From Flavobacteriales bacterium (GTDB taxonomy: Bacteria; Bacteroidota; Bacteroidia; Flavobacteriales_D; UBA2798), in assembly GCA_019694795.1 (NCBI GenBank), contig JAIBBF010000012.1, forward strand, positions 11,573 to 75,572: 64,000 nucleotides of DNA. Reading direction: 5' to 3'. A program made the translations under genes and the position numbers. The notes under the pieces are model-generated. The model was given only the letters and a program-made list of their open reading frames with translations, did not search any database and was not told the DNA's origin. The number at the start of each line of letters is the position of its first letter. Position 1 is the stretch's first letter. This document shows positions 19,571 to 28,840 of the stretch, piece after piece.

Positions 19571-20419
19571 ATGGCCAATATCGAGGAATTGAAAAGAACC
19601 TGTTCTCAGGTAAGACGAGATATTATACGAATGGTTGCACAGGTGCAGAGCGGACATCCGGGAGGTTCGTTGGGATGTACAGAATATCTTGTGGTTCAAT
19701 ACTTCCATAATCTAAAACACAATCCTGCCCAATTCAGTATGGATGGTAAAAACGAGGATCTGTTTTTCCTTTCCAACGGACATATTTCCCCTGTGTTTTA
19801 CAGTGTTTTATCCCGCAGCGGATATTTCCCCGTGTCGGAATTAGCCACATTCAGAAAATTAAACACCCGCTTACAGGGTCACCCCACCACCCATGATCAT
19901 TTACCCGGTGTAAGAATGGCCAGCGGATCACTTGGACAAGGCTTATCCGTTGCGGCCGGAGCTGCATTATCGAAAAAATTGAATAACGACAAAGCACTGG
20001 TATACAGTCTGCACGGTGATGGAGAAATTCAGGAAGGTCAGATTTGGGAAGCAGCCATGTATGCCGCGCACAATAAAATCGACAACCTGATTGCAACGAT
20101 CGATTATAATGGTCGCCAGATTGACGGTGATGTGGACCATGTTTTATCACTCGGTGACCTCGAGGGCAAATGGAAATCGTTTGGATGGGAAGTGATGAAC
20201 ATTCAAAACGGAAACGATGTGCAGCAGGTGATGGAAGGACTGGACAAAGCTAAAAGTTTGACAGGCAAAGGAAAACCGGTGATGATCATTATGAAAACAG
20301 AAATGGGCATGGGAGTTGATTATATGATGGGAACACATAAATGGCATGGATCGGCTCCTAACGCAGAACAAACAGAAAAAGCCCTCGCACAGTTGGAAGA
20401 AACGTTGGGCGATTATTAA
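19571..20419 (+). CDS. transketolase, N-terminal (TPP/PP-domain) subunit of a split enzyme
   Basis: Motifs SGHPGGSLG, GHISP, GSLGQGLSVAAG and HGDGEIQEGQIWEA; 282 aa, which is the size of the split-type N subunit. Confidence 0.92.
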   Translation: MANIEELKRTCSQVRRDIIRMVAQVQSGHPGGSLGCTEYLVVQYFHNLKHNPAQFSMDGKNEDLFFLSNGHISPVFYSVLSRSGYFPVSELATFRKLNTRLQGHPTTHDHLPGVRMASGSLGQGLSVAAGAALSKKLNNDKALVYSLHGDGEIQEGQIWEAAMYAAHNKIDNLIATIDYNGRQIDGDVDHVLSLGDLEGKWKSFGWEVMNIQNGNDVQQVMEGLDKAKSLTGKGKPVMIIMKTEMGMGVDYMMGTHKWHGSAPNAEQTEKALAQLEETLGDY

Positions 20420-20423
20420 TGTG

Positions 20424-21794
20424 ATGTCCCTAAAAAGGATTTCCATATCATTCCTGTTTGCATTTTTTTGCATCACTTCTTTTGCACAACAAGAGGAGAC
20501 CACTACCCGCATCCTTTTTATTTTCGATGCCTCCAATTCCATGAATGCACCCTGGCAGGGAAGCAGCAGAATTGACATTGCACGCAGAGTGATGGCGCGT
20601 TCGCTGGATAGTTTAAAAACCATTCCCAATCTGGAAGTGGGATTGCGCATTTACGGTCACCAATCGCCTTTATTACCCGGGCAACAAGATTGCAACGACA
20701 CAAAACTGGAAGTCCCCTTTTCACCACAAGGTGCGGAAAAAGCAAAAGGCTGGATTAATTACGTTGTTCCAAAAGGCACCACGCCCATTGCACGATCATT
20801 AGAAAAAGCCGGCGGCGATTTTCCTGAATGTAAAAAATGCAGAAACGTAATTATTTTGGTTACCGACGGAATCGAAGCCTGCGACGAAGATCCATGCGCC
20901 ATTGCAAAAGCATTACGGTCGAAAGGCATTATTGTAAAACCTTTTGTGATAGGTATCGGAATGAACATGGATTATCTGAATGCATTAGAGTGCATCGGAA
21001 CCGTTTATGATGCATCGTCGGAAGAAACCTTTAAGCAGGTTTTAAACGTGGTTATTTCACAAGCCTTAAACAATACGACCTGTCAGATAAACATCAACGA
21101 CATTCACAAAAAACCGACAGAAACCAATATCAGTTTTTCATTGTACGATGAAAAAAGTGGGGCATTAAAATACCACTACATTCACACCATGAATAAAGCC
21201 GGGAATCCGGATACATTGACGATTGATCCATTATTGACCTATAAACTAGTGGTGCACAGTGTACCTCAGGTGGAGAAAAAAGGAATTCGCTTAATACCTC
21301 AAAAACATAACATCATTGAAATTGATGCGCCACAAGGAGCAATTGAAACAAAAATTTCGGGTTACAATAAAACATCTTCAGTAATGATGATTGTGCGCAA
21401 AAAGGGAGAGATGAATACTATTTATGCGCAACACTTTCCGGAGAAACAAGATTACCTGGTGGGCAATTACGATTTGGAAATTCTTACGCTGCCCCGTATT
21501 TATATGACGGATGTAAAAGTGAATCAAAGCGCAACCACCAAAATAGAAATCCCACTGGCAGGAACGCTCGACTTAAACACACCGATTGGCGGATACGGAG
21601 CCATTTTTCAATTGGAAAATGGTAAAACGAATTGGGTGTGCGACATCAAAGATGAATTCAGCCGACAAAGCTTTAATCTGCAACCCGGAAAATACAAAGT
21701 GGTATACCGCAACCGGAAAACAAGTAAAACAGTTTATACCACCGAAAAATCATTTACAATAACATCAGGACAAACGACCGTAATTACACTATAA
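20424..21794 (+). CDS. secreted von Willebrand factor type A (VWA) domain protein
   Basis: Signal peptide MSLKRISISFLFAFFCITSFAQQ. MIDAS motif DASNSM ... GTTPI ... VTDGIE. A beta-rich C-terminal region of about 250 aa follows. ATG at 20424 lies 4 nt after the upstream stop. Confidence 0.85.
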   Translation: MSLKRISISFLFAFFCITSFAQQEETTTRILFIFDASNSMNAPWQGSSRIDIARRVMARSLDSLKTIPNLEVGLRIYGHQSPLLPGQQDCNDTKLEVPFSPQGAEKAKGWINYVVPKGTTPIARSLEKAGGDFPECKKCRNVIILVTDGIEACDEDPCAIAKALRSKGIIVKPFVIGIGMNMDYLNALECIGTVYDASSEETFKQVLNVVISQALNNTTCQININDIHKKPTETNISFSLYDEKSGALKYHYIHTMNKAGNPDTLTIDPLLTYKLVVHSVPQVEKKGIRLIPQKHNIIEIDAPQGAIETKISGYNKTSSVMMIVRKKGEMNTIYAQHFPEKQDYLVGNYDLEILTLPRIYMTDVKVNQSATTKIEIPLAGTLDLNTPIGGYGAIFQLENGKTNWVCDIKDEFSRQSFNLQPGKYKVVYRNRKTSKTVYTTEKSFTITSGQTTVITL

Positions 21795-21796
21795 CC

Positions 21797-22750
21797 ATGG
21801 AAAAGTTTAAGATCAAGAATCAACAAGACACCCGTAGCGGATTTGGAGAAGGACTATTGGAACTCGGAAGAAAAAATCCGAATGTAGTTGCTCTGTGTGC
21901 CGACCTTACCGGATCGCTGAAAATGGATGCGTTTGAAAAAGAATTTCCTGATCGCTTTTTCCAAACCGGAATTGCAGAAGCAAATATGATCGGATTGGCA
22001 GCGGGTATGACCATTGGCGGAAAAATTCCTTACACTGGAACATTCGCCAATTTTTCTACGGGACGTGTTTACGACCAGATTCGTCAGAGTGTGGCCTACA
22101 GCGAAAAAAATGTAAAAATTTGTGCTTCACATGCCGGATTAACCCTGGGTGAAGATGGTGCTACACATCAGATTTTAGAAGATATCGGATTAATGAAAAT
22201 GCTTCCGGGTATGACGGTGATTAATCCCTGCGATTTTAACCAGACCAAGGCAGCCACCATTGCCATAGCAGAACATCAGGGTCCGGTTTACCTGCGCTTC
22301 GGCCGACCAAAAGTTCCCAACTTCACTGAGGAAAATCAAAAATTTGAAATCGGAAAAGCGTTGATGTTAAACGAAGGCGTTGATGTCACCATTTTCGCTA
22401 CCGGACATTTAGTTTGGAAAGCCATTGAAGCCGGAAGAATTTTATTGGAAAAAGGAATTAATCCTGAAATAATAAATATCCATACGATTAAACCTTTGGA
22501 CGTTGAGGCAGTCTTAACTTCTGTACGCAAGACCAAATGTTGTGTAACCGCAGAAGAGCACATGATGGCCGGAGGATTAGGCGAAAGTATTGCTCAGGTG
22601 TTGGTTCGCAACTTCCCTGCCCCACTCGAAATGGTAGCCGTAAACGACACCTTTGGTGAAAGCGGTACACCTGAAGAGCTGATGCAGAAATACGGTCTGG
22701 ATTCACCAGATATTGTACGTGCTGCTGAGCGCGCCATAGCCCGGAAATAA
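21797..22750 (+). CDS. transketolase, C-terminal (Pyr plus C-terminal domain) subunit
   Basis: R.GFGEGLLELG ... FFQTGIAEANMIGLAAG ... EDGATHQ motifs; 317 aa. Confidence 0.92.
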   Translation: MEKFKIKNQQDTRSGFGEGLLELGRKNPNVVALCADLTGSLKMDAFEKEFPDRFFQTGIAEANMIGLAAGMTIGGKIPYTGTFANFSTGRVYDQIRQSVAYSEKNVKICASHAGLTLGEDGATHQILEDIGLMKMLPGMTVINPCDFNQTKAATIAIAEHQGPVYLRFGRPKVPNFTEENQKFEIGKALMLNEGVDVTIFATGHLVWKAIEAGRILLEKGINPEIINIHTIKPLDVEAVLTSVRKTKCCVTAEEHMMAGGLGESIAQVLVRNFPAPLEMVAVNDTFGESGTPEELMQKYGLDSPDIVRAAERAIARK

Positions 22751-22780
22751 GTCCGCCGGAACACAAAGAGGCCCACGAAG

Positions 22781-23359
22781 ATGATCGAACAAAGCGATAA
22801 AGAAATTCTGGACCTCTTTCACCGTGGTGAAAACCGCGAAAAGGCATTTGAGTTACTGGTAAAAAAATACCAGCGTAAACTTTATGCTGTGATTCGTAGA
22901 ATCGTGATCGATCACGATGATACTGCCGACGTTTTACAAAACACATTTATTAAAGCCTGGAAAGGAATGAATTCCTTTCGTGAAGAAGCACGCCTATATA
23001 CCTGGTTGTACCGGATTGCATCCAATGAAGCGTTAAGTTTTATTTCGCGCAGCAAAAAAAATCTGAATTCTTCCATTGAAAATCATTTTCAATTAATGGC
23101 AGAAGAAAAAAGTGATTCCACGCATCACACAGGTGATGAAATTCAAAAATTTCTTCAATTAGCCATACAAACCTTACCGGAAAAACAACGGGTGGTGTTC
23201 CTGATGAAATATTATGATGAAATGAAATATGAAGAAATGGCTGAGGTACTTGAAACTTCGGTTGGTGCTTTAAAAGCGAGTTATCATATTGCCGCGAAAA
23301 AAATTGAGGAATATTTACAACAACATGCATTAAACCTTTCTTCGGGATTGGAGTCATAA
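22781..23359 (+). CDS. ECF-type RNA polymerase sigma-70 factor
   Basis: Region 2 (YQRKLYAVIRRIV.DHDDTADVLQNTFIKAW ... TWLYRIASNEA) and region 4 (LPEKQRVVFLMKYYDEMKYEEMAEVLETSVGALKASY). Confidence 0.9.
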   Translation: MIEQSDKEILDLFHRGENREKAFELLVKKYQRKLYAVIRRIVIDHDDTADVLQNTFIKAWKGMNSFREEARLYTWLYRIASNEALSFISRSKKNLNSSIENHFQLMAEEKSDSTHHTGDEIQKFLQLAIQTLPEKQRVVFLMKYYDEMKYEEMAEVLETSVGALKASYHIAAKKIEEYLQQHALNLSSGLES

Positions 23360-23364
23360 TACAA

Positions 23365-23904
23365 ATGGATAACAAACCACATAACAAGCAGGGTCCTTTC
23401 GACGCACCGGAAAATTTCTTTTCATCCTTTCCGCAACGTGTAATGGATGAGGTGGAAATGGAACAATTACGGGAAATTGCTCCGCTCCTCTATTCCATTG
23501 AGAAAAAAGATTGTTTCGAAGCACCGGCTGGATTCTTTGAGCAGTTTACTGTTGACATGAATCCAACTCCGAAGGTGCGTTCGATGTACACAAAAATCAG
23601 CATTGCCATTCTTTCTTCCGCGGCGGCTGTTTTATTGATCATTACCGGCACCCGGCAAAACACTGAAGTCGCAGCTAATAATGAATTTAGTATTCCTGCC
23701 ACCGACAATGTTTTAGCAGAAGTTTCTTCGGATGAATTGGATCAATTTATCGTTGATGAAGTGAGCAGCGATTTATTTGAAGAAGAATTAGCTCCTGTAT
23801 TAGCCATGGAAAATAACAACACGGTGAAGCATGTGCAGGATGATGATTTAAAGGAGTATATCATAAATGAAGTTGATTTAGAAAATTTTATTGAAGAATT
23901 TTAA
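23365..23904 (+). CDS. putative anti-sigma factor (single-pass membrane protein with acidic repeat tail)
   Basis: Position immediately after the ECF sigma gene. One TM helix (ISIAILSSAAAVLLIITG). The acidic C-terminus carries two copies of a ..(F/Y)I(V/I)(D/N)EV.. motif. Confidence 0.55.
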   Translation: MDNKPHNKQGPFDAPENFFSSFPQRVMDEVEMEQLREIAPLLYSIEKKDCFEAPAGFFEQFTVDMNPTPKVRSMYTKISIAILSSAAAVLLIITGTRQNTEVAANNEFSIPATDNVLAEVSSDELDQFIVDEVSSDLFEEELAPVLAMENNNTVKHVQDDDLKEYIINEVDLENFIEEF

Positions 23905-23914
23905 TCGTAGCAAC

Positions 23915-24415
23915 ATGAAAAAGCAAATCGTAATGCTGCTGATGGGAATCGGGATGATTTCTACGGCAATGGCTCAGGAGCCGGAAAACAAAAAAGAGAA
24001 GATGGAGGCAGCCAAAATTGCATTTATCACGAAAGAACTCGAATTAACTACCGAAGAAGCACAAAAATTCTGGCCCGTTTACAATCAGCGTGAAGCGGAA
24101 TCGGATGCGGTTCGTAAGGAAATGCGTGCAAAAATGAAGGGCAAAAAAATTGAGGAGATGAGTGACGCGGAAGTTGAAAAATCGATGGATGAAATGCTTG
24201 CTTTAAAACAGAAGGAACTGGATATTGAGAAAAAATACAATACCGAGTTTAAAAAAGTTTTACCCGTAAAAAAAGTGGCAAAACTCCATATGGCGGAGCG
24301 CAAGTTTAAAGAAGAAGTGATGAAAGAATGGAAGGATCGTCACCCCGGCGGACCCGAAGGCAAAGGCCCGGGCGGAAATGGTCGTGGCGGAAAAGATCCC
24401 GATCCAAAACCTTAA
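23915..24415 (+). CDS. periplasmic Spy/CpxP-like helical protein (ECF-associated)
   Basis: Signal peptide MKKQIVMLLMGIGMISTAMAQ, a Lys/Glu-rich helical body (..LTTEEAQKFWPVYNQ..) and a Gly/Pro-rich tail. Start set at the internal ATG 23915. Confidence 0.65.
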   Translation: MKKQIVMLLMGIGMISTAMAQEPENKKEKMEAAKIAFITKELELTTEEAQKFWPVYNQREAESDAVRKEMRAKMKGKKIEEMSDAEVEKSMDEMLALKQKELDIEKKYNTEFKKVLPVKKVAKLHMAERKFKEEVMKEWKDRHPGGPEGKGPGGNGRGGKDPDPKP

Positions 24416-24421
24416 TCGAAG

Positions 24422-24446
24422 GACCCTTTTCAGGGTCTTTTTTTTT
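24422..24446 (+). terminator. rho-independent terminator
   Basis: GACCCT-TTTC-AGGGTC hairpin (24422-24437) followed by T9 (24438-24446). Confidence 0.75.
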
Positions 24447-24478
24447 GAGCAATAACAGAAATCCACTAAATTGCTTGT

Positions 24479-25138
24479 ATGAAAATCCGCTTACTCCTTC
24501 TGTTTGTCATTTTACACCAAGTAACCTTCGCTCAATCGGCCGATAAAGGAAAAACCTTCATTGATCTATCCGTAGGAATGGGAGGCTATCATGGCATGAG
24601 TAATTTGAACGATAATCAGAATAAAGATGTCAATGCAGGCGCCAATGCCTTTCAGCTGAATGCGGGTTATGTAGTAAAAAACGGATTTTCGTTGGGACTA
24701 GAATTCCGTGCTTTGCGTTATCTCACGGATGATGATTCGGCCAGCATTGTTAAAGAAGCCGCCGCGAATTGCATTGCCATTACCAGCGATTATCACTTTG
24801 TAAACAAACAGAAATTCAATGCCTACGCCGGATTTGGATTAGGAGGAACACGTTTTAATTATTTGCGCTCGGAATTAGATACCACTACCCTGCAATACAA
24901 CAAAGGAAGAGTTTATGCTCAAGGTGCATTGGTTGACATCCATACCGGTTTACGTTGGTGCTTTACCAAACATGTTGGATTATTTTTCAGAGCCAATTAC
25001 AGTTTTTTCCCTTTAAACGTAACCCGCTTTACGGTGAACGGCAACGATAAAGAAGACATGAGCTACAGAAAAACAACCGATGTAATTCTCAATTTCAGAG
25101 GACTGGAATTAAAGGTTGGATTGAGTGTTTATTTTTGA
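24479..25138 (+). CDS. outer-membrane beta-barrel protein (OmpW/OmpA-TM-like porin family)
   Basis: Signal peptide MKIRLLLLFVILHQVTFAQ, alternating beta-strand pattern, and a terminal ..LKVGLSVYF aromatic residue. Confidence 0.7.
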   Translation: MKIRLLLLFVILHQVTFAQSADKGKTFIDLSVGMGGYHGMSNLNDNQNKDVNAGANAFQLNAGYVVKNGFSLGLEFRALRYLTDDDSASIVKEAAANCIAITSDYHFVNKQKFNAYAGFGLGGTRFNYLRSELDTTTLQYNKGRVYAQGALVDIHTGLRWCFTKHVGLFFRANYSFFPLNVTRFTVNGNDKEDMSYRKTTDVILNFRGLELKVGLSVYF

Positions 25139-25641
25139 TTTAAATCAAGACCTTCATAATACCCCAAATCCATGGATTTTATCTGTTTGGTATAGGCAGA
25201 AATTTGCCCGGTGTGATAGCTAAAATGTTCGATGACATGAATAAGAATGGACAAACCGTTTTCCCGGAATCCCTGTACAGGGCGGACATTTAGCCATTCA
25301 CTTTCCGGTAGGTGATTTAAAACGATTGATAGATCCTTCTGCAGAATATTTAATTTCTCCAATAAAGCAGATTTACTGCACCTGGAACCGGATTCAAATT
25401 CTAAACTTCGTTCACGAAGATCCGTTTGCTTTCCTAATCCGGAGCAAATCCATTGACGCGCATTTCCGCAGAGATGCAAAACAAGATTACCAATGGAACT
25501 TAACGTTGCGCCAGGCGATTGCCAGATTTCATCTTCAGAAAGAACATTCAAACATTTTTTTATCCGGGGAATGCTTTCCCTGAAAACTCTACGGTTAAAT
25601 TCTTCTACTAATGCCTGATGAATTTCACTTTGCATGAACAA
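25129..25641 (-). CDS. DinB superfamily protein (DUF1572-like)
   Basis: His triad context (NLVLHLCGNARQW ... HVIEHFSYHTGQI) typical of the DinB/YfiT four-helix bundle. Confidence 0.75.
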   Translation of the reverse strand: MFMQSEIHQALVEEFNRRVFRESIPRIKKCLNVLSEDEIWQSPGATLSSIGNLVLHLCGNARQWICSGLGKQTDLRERSLEFESGSRCSKSALLEKLNILQKDLSIVLNHLPESEWLNVRPVQGFRENGLSILIHVIEHFSYHTGQISAYTKQIKSMDLGYYEGLDLNQK

Positions 25642-25659
25642 AAGATAAGAAAAATAATC

Positions 25660-28641
25660 TTAATTCAAGTCGAAATCCAGCGACACGTTTTCGGAGCGGG
25701 TGGTAGGATGTTGTTTTCCTTTAGAAAGTTCATCCACTACGGTGCCGGTATAACGAAGTAATTCGGTGACGGAAACATGTCCGTTTTTATCCAGATCGGC
25801 ATCGCCGGATTTCAGTCCGTTTAACAACACATAAGTAAACAATCCATTTTTCCATTCGCCGCTTTCCATTGCAAATTCGGCACTACCCGCCGATGAAATA
25901 ATGGTGGCACCGGTACCCCTGCGCACATCGGCAAATAATTCCTTTAATAATTCGGTGGAAGTTCTTCCATTCATTCCGTGTTTCACCGTAAATCCATCTC
26001 CCACACTCCGAAATGCAAGATCGTCTGACTTTTCATTTGTACCACCTTTGGTGATTTCATCTTTGTCCACTTCACCACTGTGACAAGCATCGATGAGAAA
26101 TAATTTTTTGAGTGGGGCAATGCTATCCAAAACATTTTCCAGTTGCGAATACTCAATACCATTTTGATCGGGACTGTTGAAATTCATGTCGTGGGTAGAA
26201 AGAAAATAATTAAACCCTGCATCAAGAACTCCATGTCCCGCAAAGAACAAAATCACCTGATCGTTTCTTCCTGCAGTTGCTAAAAATGTTTTTACCTCTT
26301 TTAATGATGAACGATTGACTTTTTCATCGGTGATCAACAACGTTTTTACAGCACTATAGTTTGCAGGTTTCTGCAACTCGAGGAAGGACTTCATATCAGT
26401 AACATCCTTGCCCGGGTAGCGCAAATTAAATGAAGCGTTAGAAAAGGTACCGGATCCAATTCCGACATAATACAATACTGGTTTTTGTGCCGGAGAAGGA
26501 CGATCCGTAATAATCCGCTCACGATTCGATTCAAGCCCATTGGCATCGAGCACGGCCACATCGATTTGATTTGTTCCATCGGCCAGAAGAATGGATATGG
26601 ATTTATTCCATTCACCGGTATTTAATTTCTTAAGTGAAAATCCATTCCTTCCCCAAATCGGCACTTCATTAATCCAAACCATTAAACGATCTAATTTTGC
26701 TCCCGAACTTTTTGCTTCCAATTGCAAGTTCAACTCCGTCGTTTTCGTTTGAATTCCGATTTTATCTCTGTTTACGATTCTACAAGTTGGAGGCGTACCC
26801 CCTGTTGAAGAGGAGGAAATTCCCATTTTTTCCATTCTGCGTTTCCAGGAAAATTCTAAAGCAGAAATTAATTCACTATTGGATGAACCCAGTGATAAAA
26901 GCACTTTATCCGGACGATTCATGATTAAATCAAATTGCTCAAAAGGATACACCGTTCCGTTTTGGTAAAATCCGACCAAATCATATCCTCCTTTACTGGT
27001 GAAATAATAATTGTTTTCGTTGGCAATAACAAAATCTTTATCGTTAAACACCATGGTAACAATGTTTCGTGCTCCTGCTACATCCCATACCCGAATTGAT
27101 CCATCATCAGATGTTGAGATTAACCATTGGTCGTCGCTGCTAAATGAAAATGAATTGGCCCAACTGGAATGTCCTTTTAATTCCACTGCTGCGAAATCGT
27201 TGGTATTGCGCAGGTGCATCACCCATTCTTCGCCCATGGAAATGAGGTATTGTCCTTTAGTTGAAAATGCCACAGGGAAAAGTTGTTTTTTAATGGCCGA
27301 TTCGCTTCTTGTTTTATGTTCGGATGGATCGCGGAATGATTTTGCGGGTTCATCTTTTCCGGTCTCGTACAACATCACCCGCTTGGTTTTGGCATCCTGC
27401 GCCACCAGAAATTTTCCGTCGCCCGAAAAATCGGTGCTGCGGGTTCCGGTTCCCTTAATTACTATTTTATCTTCTTTTAAAACGGGCATTTTGTAAATCA
27501 TCACATGACCATCCTCTGCAACTGCCACCATTTTCCCTTTGGGATGTATACTTAATGCACTTACAATTCCACCTGCTTTAAATTCTGAAGCAAGAATGTT
27601 TTTGGTTAAGTCAAACACTTTTAATTGTCCATCCGCACTTCCGCTCACCAGCCATTTATTATCCTTACTAATCTCAGCACAGGTGATGAAACCATTGTGA
27701 CTATACATGGATTTCTCTTCCAGTGAAAACACATTCACCAATTTCAACACGCTTCCCCAGCCAACAATCAGGTTTTTAGAATCGGGTGAAAATTGAATAG
27801 CGCGAATTTCTTTTTCTCCGGTGTTGATGCGTCGGATGGCATGATCGAAAACCGAAAACAACACCACATCTCCGGAAGATTCAAATGAAATGGCAATGAA
27901 TTTTTTATCGGGACTAAAAACGGCATTACTGGGCACATTTACCCGTGGTTGGGTGCGGACTGCAATGAGTGAATTATTTTTATCGTAGATATAAATTTTG
28001 TTTTCTTTCAACTCGCCTCTATACGGATAATGCTCCGAAGGAATTCTTCCGATATTGAATTCTTCTTTTGCCAAAATAGAACTTACGTCCACCTCCGTTG
28101 GATTTCCTCCTTTGGCTCTTACGCTCACTTTTTTAGTAGCGGCATCAAACACCACATGATCCACTTCTCCGGCAACCCGTGCTGATAACAAATATTTTTT
28201 CCAGCTTTTGGTATTCACGATAAATGCCGAACCTTTATTTCCGAAAAGCAACATATCGTCGTTCACGCCGAAATTCAATTGAGTAATCGGAAAAGGATCA
28301 TCATAAAATTTGTCGCTTACTTCCACAAAATCCGAAGTGGAATACACTTTACAGGTCCCCAAATCGCCCCGCATGTAAAGAAAATTTCCTTCCGGACTAT
28401 ATCCGACTTTCGTTACATAAAATGAAAATCCCGTTATGGTTTTAATCAATTTCCCAGATCGGATTTCCCAAACCTTCACTGTTTTATCACGCGAAGCCGT
28501 GGCATAGGTTTTTCCTTGCGGATCTACCGACAAAAACAAAACATCTTCGGTATGTCCCTGCTGCACCACCAGCTGATCATTGCCAGCTCTCAGGTTGAAC
28601 GAAACGAATAGTAAAAAAGCGATCAAAAGAGGGGATTTCAT
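25660..28641 (-). CDS. exported WD40-repeat / caspase-like (peptidase C14) fusion protein with C-terminal EF-hand-like loop
   Basis: Signal peptide MKSPLLIAFLLFVSFNLRAG. Multiple WD40 units (GHTEDVLFLSVDPQGKTYATASRDKTVKVWE; GHSSWANSFSFSSDDQWLISTSDDGSIRVWD). Caspase His/Cys dyad (ILFFAGHGV ... LFLIDACHSGE). DADLDKNGHVSVTELL Ca-binding-like loop. Start set at 28641. Confidence 0.85.
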   Translation of the reverse strand: MKSPLLIAFLLFVSFNLRAGNDQLVVQQGHTEDVLFLSVDPQGKTYATASRDKTVKVWEIRSGKLIKTITGFSFYVTKVGYSPEGNFLYMRGDLGTCKVYSTSDFVEVSDKFYDDPFPITQLNFGVNDDMLLFGNKGSAFIVNTKSWKKYLLSARVAGEVDHVVFDAATKKVSVRAKGGNPTEVDVSSILAKEEFNIGRIPSEHYPYRGELKENKIYIYDKNNSLIAVRTQPRVNVPSNAVFSPDKKFIAISFESSGDVVLFSVFDHAIRRINTGEKEIRAIQFSPDSKNLIVGWGSVLKLVNVFSLEEKSMYSHNGFITCAEISKDNKWLVSGSADGQLKVFDLTKNILASEFKAGGIVSALSIHPKGKMVAVAEDGHVMIYKMPVLKEDKIVIKGTGTRSTDFSGDGKFLVAQDAKTKRVMLYETGKDEPAKSFRDPSEHKTRSESAIKKQLFPVAFSTKGQYLISMGEEWVMHLRNTNDFAAVELKGHSSWANSFSFSSDDQWLISTSDDGSIRVWDVAGARNIVTMVFNDKDFVIANENNYYFTSKGGYDLVGFYQNGTVYPFEQFDLIMNRPDKVLLSLGSSNSELISALEFSWKRRMEKMGISSSSTGGTPPTCRIVNRDKIGIQTKTTELNLQLEAKSSGAKLDRLMVWINEVPIWGRNGFSLKKLNTGEWNKSISILLADGTNQIDVAVLDANGLESNRERIITDRPSPAQKPVLYYVGIGSGTFSNASFNLRYPGKDVTDMKSFLELQKPANYSAVKTLLITDEKVNRSSLKEVKTFLATAGRNDQVILFFAGHGVLDAGFNYFLSTHDMNFNSPDQNGIEYSQLENVLDSIAPLKKLFLIDACHSGEVDKDEITKGGTNEKSDDLAFRSVGDGFTVKHGMNGRTSTELLKELFADVRRGTGATIISSAGSAEFAMESGEWKNGLFTYVLLNGLKSGDADLDKNGHVSVTELLRYTGTVVDELSKGKQHPTTRSENVSLDFDLN

Positions 28642-28809
28642 GAAGTTTGAATTTGGACCTGAATATAATTCAAATGCCTCCTCGGCCATCATTCCGGTCG
28701 AAAAACACGGTATTCACCTTAGGGATCAAGGGGTTAATCATTTTGATATTGTCTTTATTTTAATTCTACTTTAAATCGATCTTCTCTGGTTTTTGAGGAT
28801 TAAAAAGCG

Positions 28810-28817
28810 TACCTTTG
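28810..28817 (+). promoter_or_regulatory. TAnnTTTG -7 box (TACCTTTG) upstream of typA
   Basis: Exact -7 consensus 23 nt upstream of the typA ATG. Confidence 0.45.
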
Positions 28818-28840
28818 CGCCCTGATTTTCAAAACCATTT

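Noticed and set aside
20147-20650. 167-aa antisense ORF spanning the transketolase-N/VWA junction (and likewise 22488-22946, 152 aa, over the transketolase-C end and sigma start).
   Set aside because: Both are fully embedded opposite confidently identified genes. Their sequences are low-complexity and Cys/His/Arg-rich, typical of shadow ORFs.
27011-27496. 161-aa plus-strand ORF inside the WD40-caspase gene.
   Set aside because: It is a shadow ORF opposite clear WD40 repeats, with no start context or motif.
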